A stretch of DNA of 64,000 nucleotides, taken from assembly GCA_976226885.1 (NCBI GenBank), contig OZ320313.1, positions 21,824,001 to 21,888,000 of the forward strand, in the 5' to 3' direction. The position numbers were made by a program, and so were the translations under genes. Position 1 is the stretch's first letter; every line of letters begins with the position of its first letter. Under the pieces are notes generated by a model, which did no database searches, was not told where the DNA came from, and saw only the letters and a program-made list of their open reading frames with translations. This DNA is from Iphione sp. A-MEVVRFRX5 (taxonomy: Eukaryota). Below are positions 39,314 to 51,411 of the stretch, piece after piece.

Positions 39314-39505
39314 ATTTGCCATTTTCCCACACTTTCTCCATGAAATTTGCAACAATCTCCATGAAATAGCTGTTTTTCCACACTTTCTCCCTGAAATTTG
39401 CCATTTTTCCACACTTTCTCCATGGAATTTGCGACAATCAACATGAAATTGCCGTTTTTCCATGCTTTCTCCCTGTTGTTTTCTGCTCTTTCACCCTGAA
39501 ATTTA
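39314..39505. repeat. Minisatellite of mixed ~31-bp and ~20-bp units (BHMT intron 6)
   Basis: aatttgccatttttccacactttctccatga units interspersed with shorter aatttgcaacaatctccatga units. Confidence 0.85.
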
Positions 39506-41376
39506 TACATTTCATGCACACTAATGCACTGCCAACAATGCACTTCAATAGACATCCCTATCCGTGAGGCTGTGTTAACAGAAAATGCATGTAAAATGTA
39601 TACTAACGCACACGGATAGCAAACACAGGTAAACGCACATCAACGCATGTAAAGAGACTGACCCTTAACGGTTCCGTCCGGTGTGCCCCAAACGGTTGTA
39701 GACTCCCATACTTCATTTGACCCTCATTAGCTGTTGAGAAAACCATTTCGTAGAGGGGACAACTGACAGAGACAAGAAAAGTAAACCGATGATTAGAGAC
39801 CAACATACAGACAAACAAAGAGACAAATGAGGTATTTAGACGTCAAAGGAGAGCGCAGGGAAGAGATAAAAATCATGCTTGTATGTCTGTCTGTATATCA
39901 GTCGCGTTTCTGGCAAGAAGAATGTACACATATTGACAGCGGAAAGCGATAAAGCGAGAGAGTAACACCCAGACAGAATTGCACATCTCAAAAGTGGAAT
40001 GTAATCAGATGGTTAGAAGAACCATACAGGGCGAGTGACTGTAAGCCATGCTAAGTATTTTCCAATTGACATATTGTGGAAATCTAGATCCTAAACGTTT
40101 GATCAAAACGGCCAAAGTTACAAAGTAGATTCTCATTTTAGTACCAATAAGACTGTTTCTCTGACAAGTGTCTCTGTGTAAGTGATTGTTGGTGCTTACC
40201 ATTCATGCAGTTCCTAGCTTTCCCCATATTTTGAAATAGGGATAAGGACAAGGGAAGGTCCTTTCATAAATAAAAGTAAGTGACTCTTATTACTTGATGA
40301 TAGTATTTTTCATTATTCATACTGAAGCATAAGGATTAAATCTTTATGCGGGACACATAGAGTGGTCATTTTTAAAAACATTTAGATTGCTATCCTAAAC
40401 ACCATAGGGGGGTCAGGCAGCGAACTGTATAGGCAGGTATTATAGGTAGAGTACAGGTAGCAAAGTAGGTATTCTGCTATAATACTGACGGTAATTGATT
40501 AATGCATAGCTCAAAGATAACAAATACAGAACAGACTCTACAGGCCATAACGTTTGAGCATTTGATCACCAATCAGTATTTTGAGGCTTTCCCCAAACTT
40601 CGCTACAGGCTGCCATCCCATTTACCCCCAGCGATTGTGCAGTTCCAATGCTTGTTAATGTATTGCCAACGACTGATTGCACCAATGGGCAATCGCATGA
40701 CCCAGACAGACCCCAATATCTATCTGCCTTTTTGCGTGTGCATTCGTATGTATGGCTGTCTTACTGTCTCTTTATCCATACCTCTCTTGAAACCAGCATA
40801 CACCTTGCCCAAAGTGTATAAATGTTCATTCACGTAGCACTAACAACGGTGCGAAACAATCAATTGAGCACAACGATTACATGTCGGTAAACACATACTT
40901 TCTGCTATCCCTCACAATTGGGGCTCATAAATAAAAATAAGCCAACTATTCTCATACTTCACCAGTACGCTATTGATCTTGTATATCACTAATGCTTTCG
41001 CCGGTGCTGCGCAAGGTGCTCTTTCTTACAAGTATTGTTCAATGTACGTCAGTGAAACCAAACAGTTGATATATTGGGTGGCGGGAAATACTAAAATGCA
41101 GCACTTTAACAATACAGAATCATGATGGTGTATTGCACGTCGGCAATTTTGTATTGTTAACAAATGCTATCTGCCTATGTTGGTTCCTTCAGTGGCACAT
41201 GTATTCCCTGATTGCGGGCATTTATTTTGCTGCCTGAGGATGGGCCAATTGTAAACTACTTCTCATGGCACAATTCAGAAAGGGTACTTCAAAATTTCCA
41301 AACGCCAAACCGTGCATCACAATATAATAAAATAATTCTACACTGTACTAGTGCAGGAAGAAAATCGATGTACATC

Positions 41377-41460
41377 GACTCTTCACTTTGAATAAATATA
41401 CATACATACATAGCCAGACTCTTCACTATGAATAAATATACATACATACAGAGCCAGACT
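41377..41460. repeat. 40-bp tandem duplication containing AATAAA and (TACA)n
   Basis: gactcttcact(t/a)tgaataaatatacatacataca(t/g)agcca at 41377 and 41417. Confidence 0.9.
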
Positions 41461-42039
41461 AAATCCTTTCAGTGGAAGATGTACAATAGACCTCCATTAA
41501 TAAGACCGTCCCTCAACAGGTGGTTTTATTTAATGGGCGGTCGTATTAGAAGGGACTTCATGATAAAACACTAGTGCTATATTCTTTTCAAACACAACTT
41601 AACAGAGGAATGATCTTATTGGTCATGAGATGAAAATCTACGGTGCAACATTGAGATTAAAGAATGAAAAGGTATAAACAGCAAAATGGCTCCTTCTCAG
41701 CGGCTGTTTTGAGGCAATGTTCGGGATCTAGTTTTCCACGACCTGTCAAAAGAGCATCATGTTCAGGTGGCATCCCGGAAAGGAGGCTCTTATCGTAGTA
41801 TATCGGACGGCCAATTTGGACGTCTTTCTGCTTCCTGCTTCTGACAAAGCAACACTATCTGATCCCACTCGTTCTTGGATAGGAATAGCCTTTTCCAGCC
41901 ATTACTTAAACATGCAGCATGATTACAAATTAAGTTAGTAAAGAAATCTTTTGCAATTTGTGGGTTTGGTAAATGCTGCACTAAACGTCCATTAGAAATA
42001 TCGTCAAGAACATGTTGTTTTTTTAAAATGTGTTCTTAG

Positions 42040-42170
42040 CTCTTGAACCCCGACTGCTGACTCGCTGGGATGTGCGACGATATGCCAGAGATGCCTACGA
42101 TGCCGGTGTGCGCTACTTCGGAGGTTGCTGTGGATTTGAGCCTTATCATATTAGAGAGATAGCTGGTGAG
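42040..42170 (+). CDS. BHMT: BHMT-like exon 7 (Zn ligands GGCC)
   Basis: ttcttag|[44 protein letters not shown]|gtgagg. Confidence 0.95.
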
Positions 42171-42558
42171 GTGAGGATATATTCATGATCTTTCGGGAAA
42201 TACGCCACTTGCGGTTTACTAGGGATTGTTTTGAACTTAGGAAGCTAGATCGGACTTTATCAAACTCTTTTTATCTGTTGATCAGGTTATCCGCCAGCAC
42301 CCGAATGTGACTTATAATGTAGATCTTAAAATCACTTCAAAATGGAAACGAAGAAATTTTGAAAATGCTAGGCTGGTAGAAATAAGTCAAATTACCTTTC
42401 GTTCCTGGATTTCTAATAACGTTTTAACATTTTCGTTCTATGTTAATCTTACTCTGTGATAGAATATGGGAAAGCTGATTCTTGTTATTTTCATTTACAT
42501 ATGATTCTTTGTTGTACCCATTGGGATCCAGAAACTGTAGGTGTTTTCATTCTTGCAG

Positions 42559-42656
42559 CTTGCTAAAGAGAGGGGTTTCCTCATGCCTGGTGCAGCCCAA
42601 TTCTCAGACTGGGGTGACAGTCTATCATCGTCTTTCATCGAACCAATCAGGAGAAG
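42559..42656 (+). CDS. BHMT: BHMT-like exon 8
   Basis: cttgcag|LAKERGFLMPGAAQFSDWGDSLSSSFIEPIRR|gtaaga; phase 2 end. Confidence 0.92.
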
Positions 42657-43020
42657 GTAAGAGTCCTGGGCATTCCGATAAAACCGATATTAATTGAGTT
42701 TCAGACAACTGATTGGCTAGTTAGTTGGTTTATAATATCAAGATATAATACATCCGCCATAAACCATAACAAATTACTCAACATCCCAAGTTTTCTGAAT
42801 GGAAATTTGTCAAACCGACCATTTTGATATTGAATCGTGACTGTGTACATACAGATAGATGATACATGAACCCAATGTAAAAGGCATGCCTCTGTAGGTA
42901 CAACAACACGTGCTTGTAAATGTAAAGTGTGAACTTTGGGAATTTGCAGAACAGTCCATCAATGTTAAGATCCATGTTCAATTGAGTGTACCACAAAATA
43001 TATATTTTTTTTCTCTGCAG

Positions 43021-43102
43021 AGCTCACCGAGCACATTGGGAGAATCTCAAACCAGCCTCAGGGCGACCCGACTGCCCTAAGCTGGCTAAACCTGATCCCT
43101 GA
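43021..43102 (+). CDS. BHMT: BHMT-like exon 9 (terminal)
   Basis: tttctctgcag|[27 protein letters not shown] (TGA 43100-43102). Confidence 0.92.
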
Positions 43103-44527
43103 GGGTGCAAATACGTTGGGAACTTCAAGCGAACTCCGTTACTCATCGTTACTTTTCCATTATATTCATAAACTATAAGGAAATCACTCTTTAGAAACTT
43201 AGCTGACAAAAGAAGTTTCTGTAGCATAGTAGCGACCGGTTACCTAGATACTGATTAGGTTTTAACTTAATGCCCTTCGTGGCAGGAGGGTGGAGGAAAT
43301 AGAGATTAATTCTTCAGATCTGCCCGTACTCACAAACGCAACAATAGAGGCATATTTCGCAATTCATTCCATACAAAAACTCGCATTGGGAAACATCAAT
43401 ACAATCTGACAATCGGAAGTAATCTGATCATTCGTTTTAGAAAAAAATCACATTCTGTTGTGATTGTTGAGGCTGCTTGATATATTTCTTTTGAAAGTAT
43501 GGTATGTAAAGTGGAGAATACGCACAGCGATTCGTTGATCTAGACGAGTTGCCCAAAGTGGACATAACACAAGGAAGAGGTAAACCACATGAACACAGTG
43601 TAGGGTTGAAGCCTGGTATACAACACCCGATGCAGAGTCTTTCTTGTGGTTTGTATCAAACCCCAAAACGTACCATAAATGGATGACTTTTGTATGTTCT
43701 TTGTCTCTTTTATTCTTCGTCAGTGTATCCTTTGATACATTCAACAGTTCATAACATTTACTCAAACGTATTCAATGCAAGTCAATATCATGAAGATATT
43801 ATTGTTTAGTAATTTACTGATCACCGCGATATCGTTCATTGTCAAATAGACACATTTTAATCCAATTTTGAAGAAGAAAATCCAGAAATAATCCTATCGA
43901 ATTCTTGAAACGGAATGAGATGCTTTGGTCATTCAAGTCCCTCTTGAGTGGCGGGAATGTAAGAAATATTTGTGAAATTCAGAATACATGGAAAAATAAT
44001 ACGATAAGGCAGGATACAAGTCCCTCAGCGATCAATACTTCTTATCTATATCCCAAATCAGATACGTTGCTCATTCCTTCTTGATTTTGCCTGCCCTTCA
44101 GTAATCATGATCATCGATCGGCCAAGACTGCCATTGGACCTACATTTTTCCCGTTGGATCTATTTTAAGACTCTTTCCATTTGGGATAAGCAACATTGTC
44201 GCAAAAAAGACACGGCGTGTCAACTGACGGCTTTCGGCGCGTGCCCACATGCGCCCACGTCGAACGCAGCCAATCAGTGGCGCGGATATTGATTTAGGCA
44301 ATAGTGGGCACCAGATCGGCGTGCTGGGTTTTGGGCATTCGTCAGAAATAGCTAGGAGCCATGAAGTTGCTTGAGTACGGGACTCACATGCTGGGCCTGG
44401 TGAACGGAAAAGTACTGGTGAGCGTGGGCATATACATGTATCCATACTGGTAATCTCGATGAGCTTGCGGTTTCGTTTCGATGACAAAATTTCTACATAC
44501 AAAATGGGATTGTTACTCGAACGCTTA

Positions 44528-44831
44528 GGCCTAAAAAAGTTCTGTGTTTCCGGTAACATGAAAAGAAATTTGAGGGTCTCATTTTTCCCAGTGTGATTTC
44601 ATACTTACACCTACATTTGTGTATGGTAATGTCACTTCTATTGCTGAGACATTAATGAAACTTACATTGAATGAAGTCTAGTATCCTAAGGAGCAGAATG
44701 GCGTATTGTATGAGGTCCTATCATTATCCATGCCGACATTATTCACAAAAGAAGAAAAGCATCAAATATTGAATTGGCACAAAAATCAGGGTCGGTCCGG
44801 CTACCGGAAACAGATATTTTTTCTTTAGGCC
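44528..44831. mobile_element. PIF/Harbinger-type MITE, 304 bp, TTA TSD
   Basis: tta|GGCCTAAAAAAGTTCTGTGTTTCCGGTAAC ... GCTACCGGAAACAGATATTTTTTCTTTAGGCC|tta. Confidence 0.85.
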
Positions 44832-45671
44832 TTACCATTCTTCAGCAAAGAATCCCTCCCCTCCATCTTGTAGTACCAACACTCAGTGTGTTAAGAACGG
44901 CTACACAATCGATGTCAAGTTGATAAACATGTTGCAGCTCCACAGCATAACCATCACAAAATATACATATACTTCTGAATGATAACGGCAACTATATTAC
45001 CATTCCCTTACTACATGTTTAAAAGCGCATATTATACCTGTTCATGGATACACGCAATAAGATCTAAAATGGATCACGTGTTTATGCATCATTTTTGAAG
45101 GGATCATTTACTTATATTGTCATTTCACCTGCCGTCTTATTGCTGCTTAGCATGTGATAAAATACGACTCTATCAAATCCAAGTATCACTATTTGTCTTG
45201 GGATTCTATGAATATTTACGAGCAGTGCCCTCTGGTGCCAAAGATAACAACTGGACAGCACGTTACTGGGCAGTAGCCATGTCAACTGCACCTGAGTGTT
45301 CCCGAACATGAAACGTCTCCACCCAGCTACACATTTCCCTAGACAACGTGGGCTCTTTCCAAGGATTTTTAGAATTTTTTTCTTTGTTGTCATTTGGAGG
45401 AAAGCTAAGTACACCACAGGCACATGTAGCATGACAAATTCACAGCCTTCATTTAAGTAATCTGTATTCGCACCATTTGAATAACGTATACACGTACAAA
45501 GTACTTGCTAGAGGGCTGTTAATTTCCCCTTCGCTCACATAAAAAAAGGGACTGCGTCGTTTCTCGCGACTCCCTCCTTGCTCAGGACTCCCTCCTTGCT
45601 AACGACTCCTTCCAATTTCTCCCTGCTGTCGTCTTTAGAGACGTAAGTCCGTTCCATCTATGCTCTCCTTA

Positions 45672-45959
45672 GGCCTATCCAAAAATATTTGTGTTTCTAA
45701 CCCCGCCGACCCGGATTTTGGTGTCAATGGAGATATTTCTTTTATTTTTTAGTAAATATCTAGGCATTGAATTGCTGACTCATTCAGCACACTTTTATGT
45801 TGCTTAGACCATTAACTTTCCGTTATACTAGTTTTATGAAAATGGAAGCAGTAGACGTGATATTACCATATCGCTTTGAGTCTTTCAGGATCCATTAACA
45901 ATGGGAAAAAACAAACCCATTTTCAGCATCTTACCAGGAACACAGATGTTTTTAAGGCC
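45672..45959. mobile_element. PIF/Harbinger-type MITE, 288 bp, TTA TSD
   Basis: tta|GGCCTATCCAAAAATATTTTGTGTTTC ... TTACCAGGAACACAGATGTTTTTAAGGCC|tta. Confidence 0.8.
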
Positions 45960-46039
45960 TTACCATTCTGTTATTCTGTCACCATGGATAGCGACGTAAA
46001 GACTCCCTCCTCGCAATTTTTCCTTTGCAAATTATTCAT

Positions 46040-46945
46040 ACCACCTACAACAGATGTTCCATCCTGCTCACTACAAATGTTCCACGCTGCCCACAATGGA
46101 CACTCTTTATCAAGCCTGGCAAATGCTTCATAATACCCACCATACACATTCTGTACCACCAACTACAAATGCTTCATAATACCCACAATGGACGCTTTAT
46201 AGCACCCTTCAGATACACTCTAAAAATGTACTATCACTACAAATGCTGCATAATATCCAATATGAACATTCTGACCATGTACTACTCAGGCCTAAACAAA
46301 ATATACCTGTGTTTCCGGTAACTCGACCGACCCTAATTTTAGAACCAATGGAAATTTTTATTTTATTCTTCTTTTGTAAATATCTTTGGAATGAAGGAAG
46401 ATAGAGACACATACTATACACCATTTTGTTGCTCTCACTATTAGCTTTCATTTGATATATATTTCATTAAAATCTAAGCAGTAGAACTGACCTTACTATA
46501 TACATTTGTTACTTTGAGAGGCAATTAACATTGGAAAAAAAAGAAAGATTAAAAAAAATACCACCTACCGACCGACCCTGTATATTTTTAGCTTGTTACC
46601 GGAAACACGGAACTTTTTTTTTTAGGCCTCATTACAAATGCGGCATGATAAACAATTTAAACACTTTATAATATCCATTATGGGTGTAAATGCTCTTTAC
46701 TACCTGCTGCAAATGCTCTATAGTAGTCACATAAATAAGCCAAACTAGTAACAACAAATGCTCCTTATTAACAATTACAAACGCTCTATATTACCCACTT
46801 TAAGTGCGCTTTACCACCTATGGCAAATGCCCCACATTATTCACTACAAACGCTCAATACTACCCATCATAAACACCTTTTACTACCTGCTGCAAATGCT
46901 CCAATATAAATACATTGTATACCATACTAGCCACTATAAATGCTG
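46040..46945. repeat. Degenerate satellite built on an (ACT)ACAAATGC core, interrupted by a MITE
   Basis: Many c(t/g)(a/g)caaatgc(t/c) cores at roughly 20-45 bp spacing on both sides of 46289-46628. Confidence 0.75.
46289..46628. mobile_element. PIF/Harbinger-type MITE, 340 bp, TCA TSD
   Basis: tca|GGCCTAAACAAAATATACCTGTGTTTCCGGTAAC ... GTTACCGGAAACACGGAACTTTTTTTTTTAGGCC|tca. Confidence 0.88.
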
Positions 46946-47116
46946 CATACAGTAGAGCCTCAATATTCCAGTACCCTTGCTATTTCATACACAACTGCCT
47001 AGAATAGAATATATTCCTCTATATTATTATATGTAATTCTCTCAGTATTCCAGGCATAAAGCCAGGGTGAAAGAGGGGCCCCTCACCTTGCAACACCGAA
47101 TAATAGTCCTAATGAT

Positions 47117-47303
47117 ATCCTCTCTTATGTCCTTATGACACCTCTCCTTGCCTGAATACCGTCTTCTTCCCATCCTCTCTGATGTTTTCACACCTCTCCT
47201 TGCACAAATACCATCTTCTTGCTATCCTCTCTTATAGCCTGGCACCTCTCCTTGCACAAATACCATCCCCTTACTATCCTGTCTAATATGCTAACACCTC
47301 TCA
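47117..47303. repeat. 52-bp minisatellite, about 3.5 copies
   Basis: acacctctccttgc...aatacc..c..ctt..(t)atcct.tct units starting at 47138, 47190, 47242 and about 47294. Confidence 0.88.
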
Positions 47304-48359
47304 GGCCTCCCTCCATTCTGTCCGATGTCCTCAATACTACTCTCTACAAATACATGATTCTACCACTTTAAATTTTCTTCACCACACCCTGCAAATGCTC
47401 CATTTTACTCATTACAAATGCCCCTCGATACTTATTCATCTCGTTGACAAGTGGATATTTAAATGCCATTAGCCGGCATGACCATTACCATTACGTCAAT
47501 ATTAATAATCCGAGGCCGAGACCCATAAAATATGTTTCGCATGTAACTAGATTGGCATAAACCCATCATAAATGACTCGGGAATGATTCTTTAGTCTCGC
47601 CGACCCACTGGCGAGTCTCTTTTAATACATTTGTTCCGGAGGAGCGTATATTATCTCTTCAATGCCGCCTCCCTTTACGATTATATTTCTCCTATTCCGC
47701 TTACACCTCTATCATAAACAGAACTTTATAGTGAATCGTCTCACTCAACCACAATTTCTACTAATTCAAGTTACATCGGAATATAGCGCCTCTGAATCTG
47801 GTCTGAAACCTGACTTTTATATACCATTTGCTGTTGGCTATAGAATGAAATGGAGCGACCCTGTAGTGACGTGGAACGTGGATAAAGAAAATGGTTTAAA
47901 TGAAACATGTTTATAGGTACTGAGAACATGTAGTTGATAACCACTTATATGGCATGGTTAGGATTATTCGGTTCCTCATTAGTGCCCAATGATCATGGAG
48001 ACCCTCTCCTTCCATGATACTCGTTACCCTCAATGGTTTCATGCGGCTTACTCTCCGTTAACCGAATGCTAGTTTGTCATGAAAACCATACTGTGGGCGT
48101 AGGTGCACCCAGCAAGCAATGGTCAAGATCCAGACACGTATCGCGCAGTAAGCGACCGTTCACATACTACCGCGGCAGCCTCACCGTCAGGCTATGCTCT
48201 AGAGAATTAGGCTGAGAGTTCTGCTTTTGTTATACAATACAGCCATCTTTACTGTGTGGAAATGTTTTTTGTACGGGCTCCGTTCCATTACTCTGCCTGT
48301 GCTAGAGCCACGCCTTGTTCTCTGAAGTAACCCGTGTAGAATCACCCCCCCCCCCATCT

Positions 48360-48620
48360 CACACTCGACCCCGGATCCTTTTGTATTACTAACTCATTCA
48401 CCATCCGTTGTTGAAGATAGCCGTTCCTAGCCACGACCAGCCTTACCTCCACCTCTCTTTCCTGTGCCGTCCGGTCCTCCTGTAGGGGGCGACCTCCTCG
48501 TACACCGTAGTTGCGTGCAGGCTGCTGCTCACTGCCAGGTTGGGGAGTAGCTCTCATTGATTTCCTCAGGCCTCTTTGTGAGCTCCCACCCCTAGTAAAA
48601 AGCATCTATCGTAGGTCTTC
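48360..48620 (-). mobile_element. Possible CR1/L2 ORF1 C-terminal remnant
   Basis: LQEDRTAQEREVEVRLVVARNGYLQQRMVNELVIQKD weakly resembles the D.T..ER....L.......NL.I tail of LINE ORF1 proteins. Confidence 0.3.
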
Positions 48621-49479
48621 AGGTACTCTTGGGTGCTCGTAGTGTGTGGATCCCTGGAGACTGTCCGACAGGCCCCAGGGCTGGACGAAGTCTGCTCCCC
48701 ATGTAAATTACATGCTTTTTTTTACAATAGTTACGACGGAAGTATGCTTTATACAACTTCATGGAAACGTTCCCGTAATAATTACATCATTAAAATACTC
48801 TTAATATCCGATAGCAACCATATAGAAATATTTTGTGACTTTGATATATTTCTATTGATACATTTATTATCATCATTTCAAGCTCAGTCAATGGTTCGGC
48901 GATTTTCAACCAGTTCTGCTGTACATATTGTGTGACCAAAGAATAAGTTTTTCTTCAACTCAATCCACTTAAATAAGTTCACAGTGAATTTTGCGTCGTA
49001 TGAAACATTGTCTTGCGAAATTTTCTCAATTGTTTATAACTCGTCTCTGCAGAAGGGCCAGGTGAAACACTGTTCCATGTATTGGCCCCTTATTGGGTGT
49101 GATAGATAGATTGTTGTCTCTTTAATTTAGATGTTTCCTCACATATATGCATTTAAGACATCGTTACTTCCCAGTACAGACAGATGACGCGAGCATTGTG
49201 CTTATTATGCATCGGACCGGCTTGTACTACTGAAATACATTGTACTGATAAGAAAGAATCTTTAGTCGCTATGCTCTTTAGAAAGACAAGAGTCCAAGTT
49301 AAGTTTACCCCTTTCTTCAGCCTGAAAGCTATTGTGTGCTGTTAAACAAACTTAGGAACATTTCTCTGGACTTCGTTTACGGTAGCTGTTTTTTGCCTGT
49401 GGTGAGGGGTAATGTGAAGAGACAGTAAAATCACACTGCCAACGTCTTTTCTCATGTGATAGTGTTAACTAGGAGCGAT

Positions 49480-50030
49480 TGATCTTAAGGTAGGGCACAC
49501 GCAGTGTTACAGTAATGAAACAGCATGGCGGATTAGGGCCCTTATCTGGATTTGCTCGACAACAACGCAGTCCTTCGGGCGGTAGATATTGCTTAACCCG
49601 CCAGGCTGACCTTATGTTGGCATGGAAACATTGGTAAGAGGGAAGCCCTATCAGCAGCCGGTGATGCCCTACTGAGTGGGGCCATCGTGGTTTGCCATCA
49701 GCAGTCGAAGGAGGAGGTCGGCAGGGGTAGCAGGCGAACAGGAAACATGACCACAAAGACGTCAGGACTATTCACCTGCAAGCATGAAAACAGAAGGAAA
49801 TAGAGAACCTTCCCCGGCAGAGACGTATGCGATACTCATATGGAGGACTATGGCAAAACGGACGTTACTCTTCCAGAATGTGGCTTACTCCATCTGTAGT
49901 AAAGTAGAAAGTTCTACTCTTCCAGTGATTAATGATATGATGAGATTAATGCAGCAAGAGATAAAGATGATCATACAACTTCTTCGACTGAAAACCGTAA
50001 TCTGTTGGCAAGTCGTAACGCACATGTGAA
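49480..50030 (+). mobile_element. Possible RTE-clade LINE 5' region remnant
   Basis: GC-richer, structured-looking segment (gctcgacaac...gggcggtagatattgcttaacccgccaggc...ccctactgagtgggg) reminiscent of RTE 5' UTRs. This is impression only; no coding motif confirmed. Confidence 0.25.
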
Positions 50031-51344
50031 TTCAAGTATATCAATTCCTTGAGGTATGTAGAGGTATACGAAAAACACCAAAATTAGTGTTACTCAGTTG
50101 ACAAAAGCGTATAATGAGAGTTACGTATATCTTGGATGATGCAAGTACATATTGATTGAACAAACACACATGCATACACACAAATACCCACATATATAGA
50201 AATGTATACTTGCATCTACCTCAGTGGCATCTGTACAACACTTGCGGAGTCAAGGCGAACGTAGAATATATAGTCGTCCACAACGCACACCAAACAAAAG
50301 CAATCAAGAATAAAGATCACAACAGAACGGGTGAGGTTAACATACATTAAAGCAGGAAAGGAAACCACGGTAGTATTTCTCGCCAGTACACCAACAACAG
50401 TACCTGAAGTCATCAGAGGCTGTACTCAAAGACAGCACTGGCAGTGAGGTATTTTGTGCGAACAGCAGCAACCGTCGGAAGAACAGTGAGAGCAGGAGGA
50501 ACAGGTAGGGGAAGGGCGAGGAGGGGGGAGGGGTGGGTGAAAAAGACAGCCGTTGGGGCTCTTCAGGCGTTAGCCTACCAGCGGCACACGGCGAGGAGCC
50601 ACCAGCCGATCGATGTGTCGCTGAGCGCGAGGCCCTCTGCTTCCTCCGCCGACCGATGTGTGCGCGCTGGACCCGCAGCCTAGACCGCGGCCGTCGCGGC
50701 ATGCTGAGCAGAGCCTCCTCAGGACACCGGCGACGCCGACGCCCGACGGCAGGGACAGCGACGGCGGCGGTAGGCGCGGGGCGGCGGCGGCGGCGGCAGC
50801 GGCACGAACGGGCGTAACCAGGCTGCTGCAGACTGCATGAAGGGGAAGCTGCCTGCAACTGTATATGGCGGTATACTGGAAGGCCGGGAGCAGCAGCCTC
50901 GACCAACAAAGGCAGTAGCCAACAGGGGGAGGACACAGGGAGCAGAGCGCTCCTGAGGGCCAACCCGTGGTGGGGTTTACAGTCAGGGCCACGCTGTTAC
51001 AGAGGCCACCCGTTTCTCATATATCAACGCTGCCACAGAGCCAGCTCCCACACAAATATCCACAACAAGAGCTGCAACCACGGACTGAGCTGGCAGTTGA
51101 TGACCAATACCGGCAGCACGACCGATGGCAATGACGGCATCAGCAACCCTTCCTGTCGTCACAACCACCGCCACCACCACCGCCACCACCATGCACGGTG
51201 GTCGCCACCGAGCTGTGGTTACCCCGACAGCCTAAGCGTACGTAGCAGTGTATATACACAGCTACCACAGCCAGCTAGTCTAGCAGCATTGTCTCTTGTC
51301 TGTATGTACAGCAAATGACACAACCGTGTAGATAGAAACAAAGA

Positions 51345-51347
<3 letters not shown>

Positions 51348-51409
<62 letters not shown>
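51348..51409. repeat. (GA)n microsatellite
   Basis: About 30 nearly perfect GA units. Confidence 0.98.

Positions 51410-51411
<2 letters not shown>

Larger units (their letters stand above)
31331..43102 (+). other. BHMT: Gene span: BHMT-family homocysteine S-methyltransferase, 9 coding exons, 1104 nt CDS, 367 aa
   Basis: Exon lengths 10+138+113+195+148+189+131+98+82=1104; all introns GT-AG with matching phases; GDG, WTPE, QTFTFY, DFLLGE, GVNC, LQP and GGCCGF motifs present. Confidence 0.95.

Noticed and set aside
39109-39555. 148-aa ORF with repeated EKAWKNG/KFQGE units
   Set aside because: It is the translation of an intronic minisatellite, antisense to BHMT.
41700-41990. Antisense 63-aa ORF in BHMT intron 6
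   Set aside because: No recognisable motif or splice signals; followed by stops.
45292-45317. CTGAG-tgttc/gaaca-GAAACGTC hammerhead-like string
   Set aside because: Lacks the G8-A9 core bases and has no stem I.
50337-50992. 208-aa and 140-aa minus-strand ORFs
   Set aside because: Low complexity, overlapped by similar ORFs in most frames as expected in GC-rich DNA; no recognisable domain.
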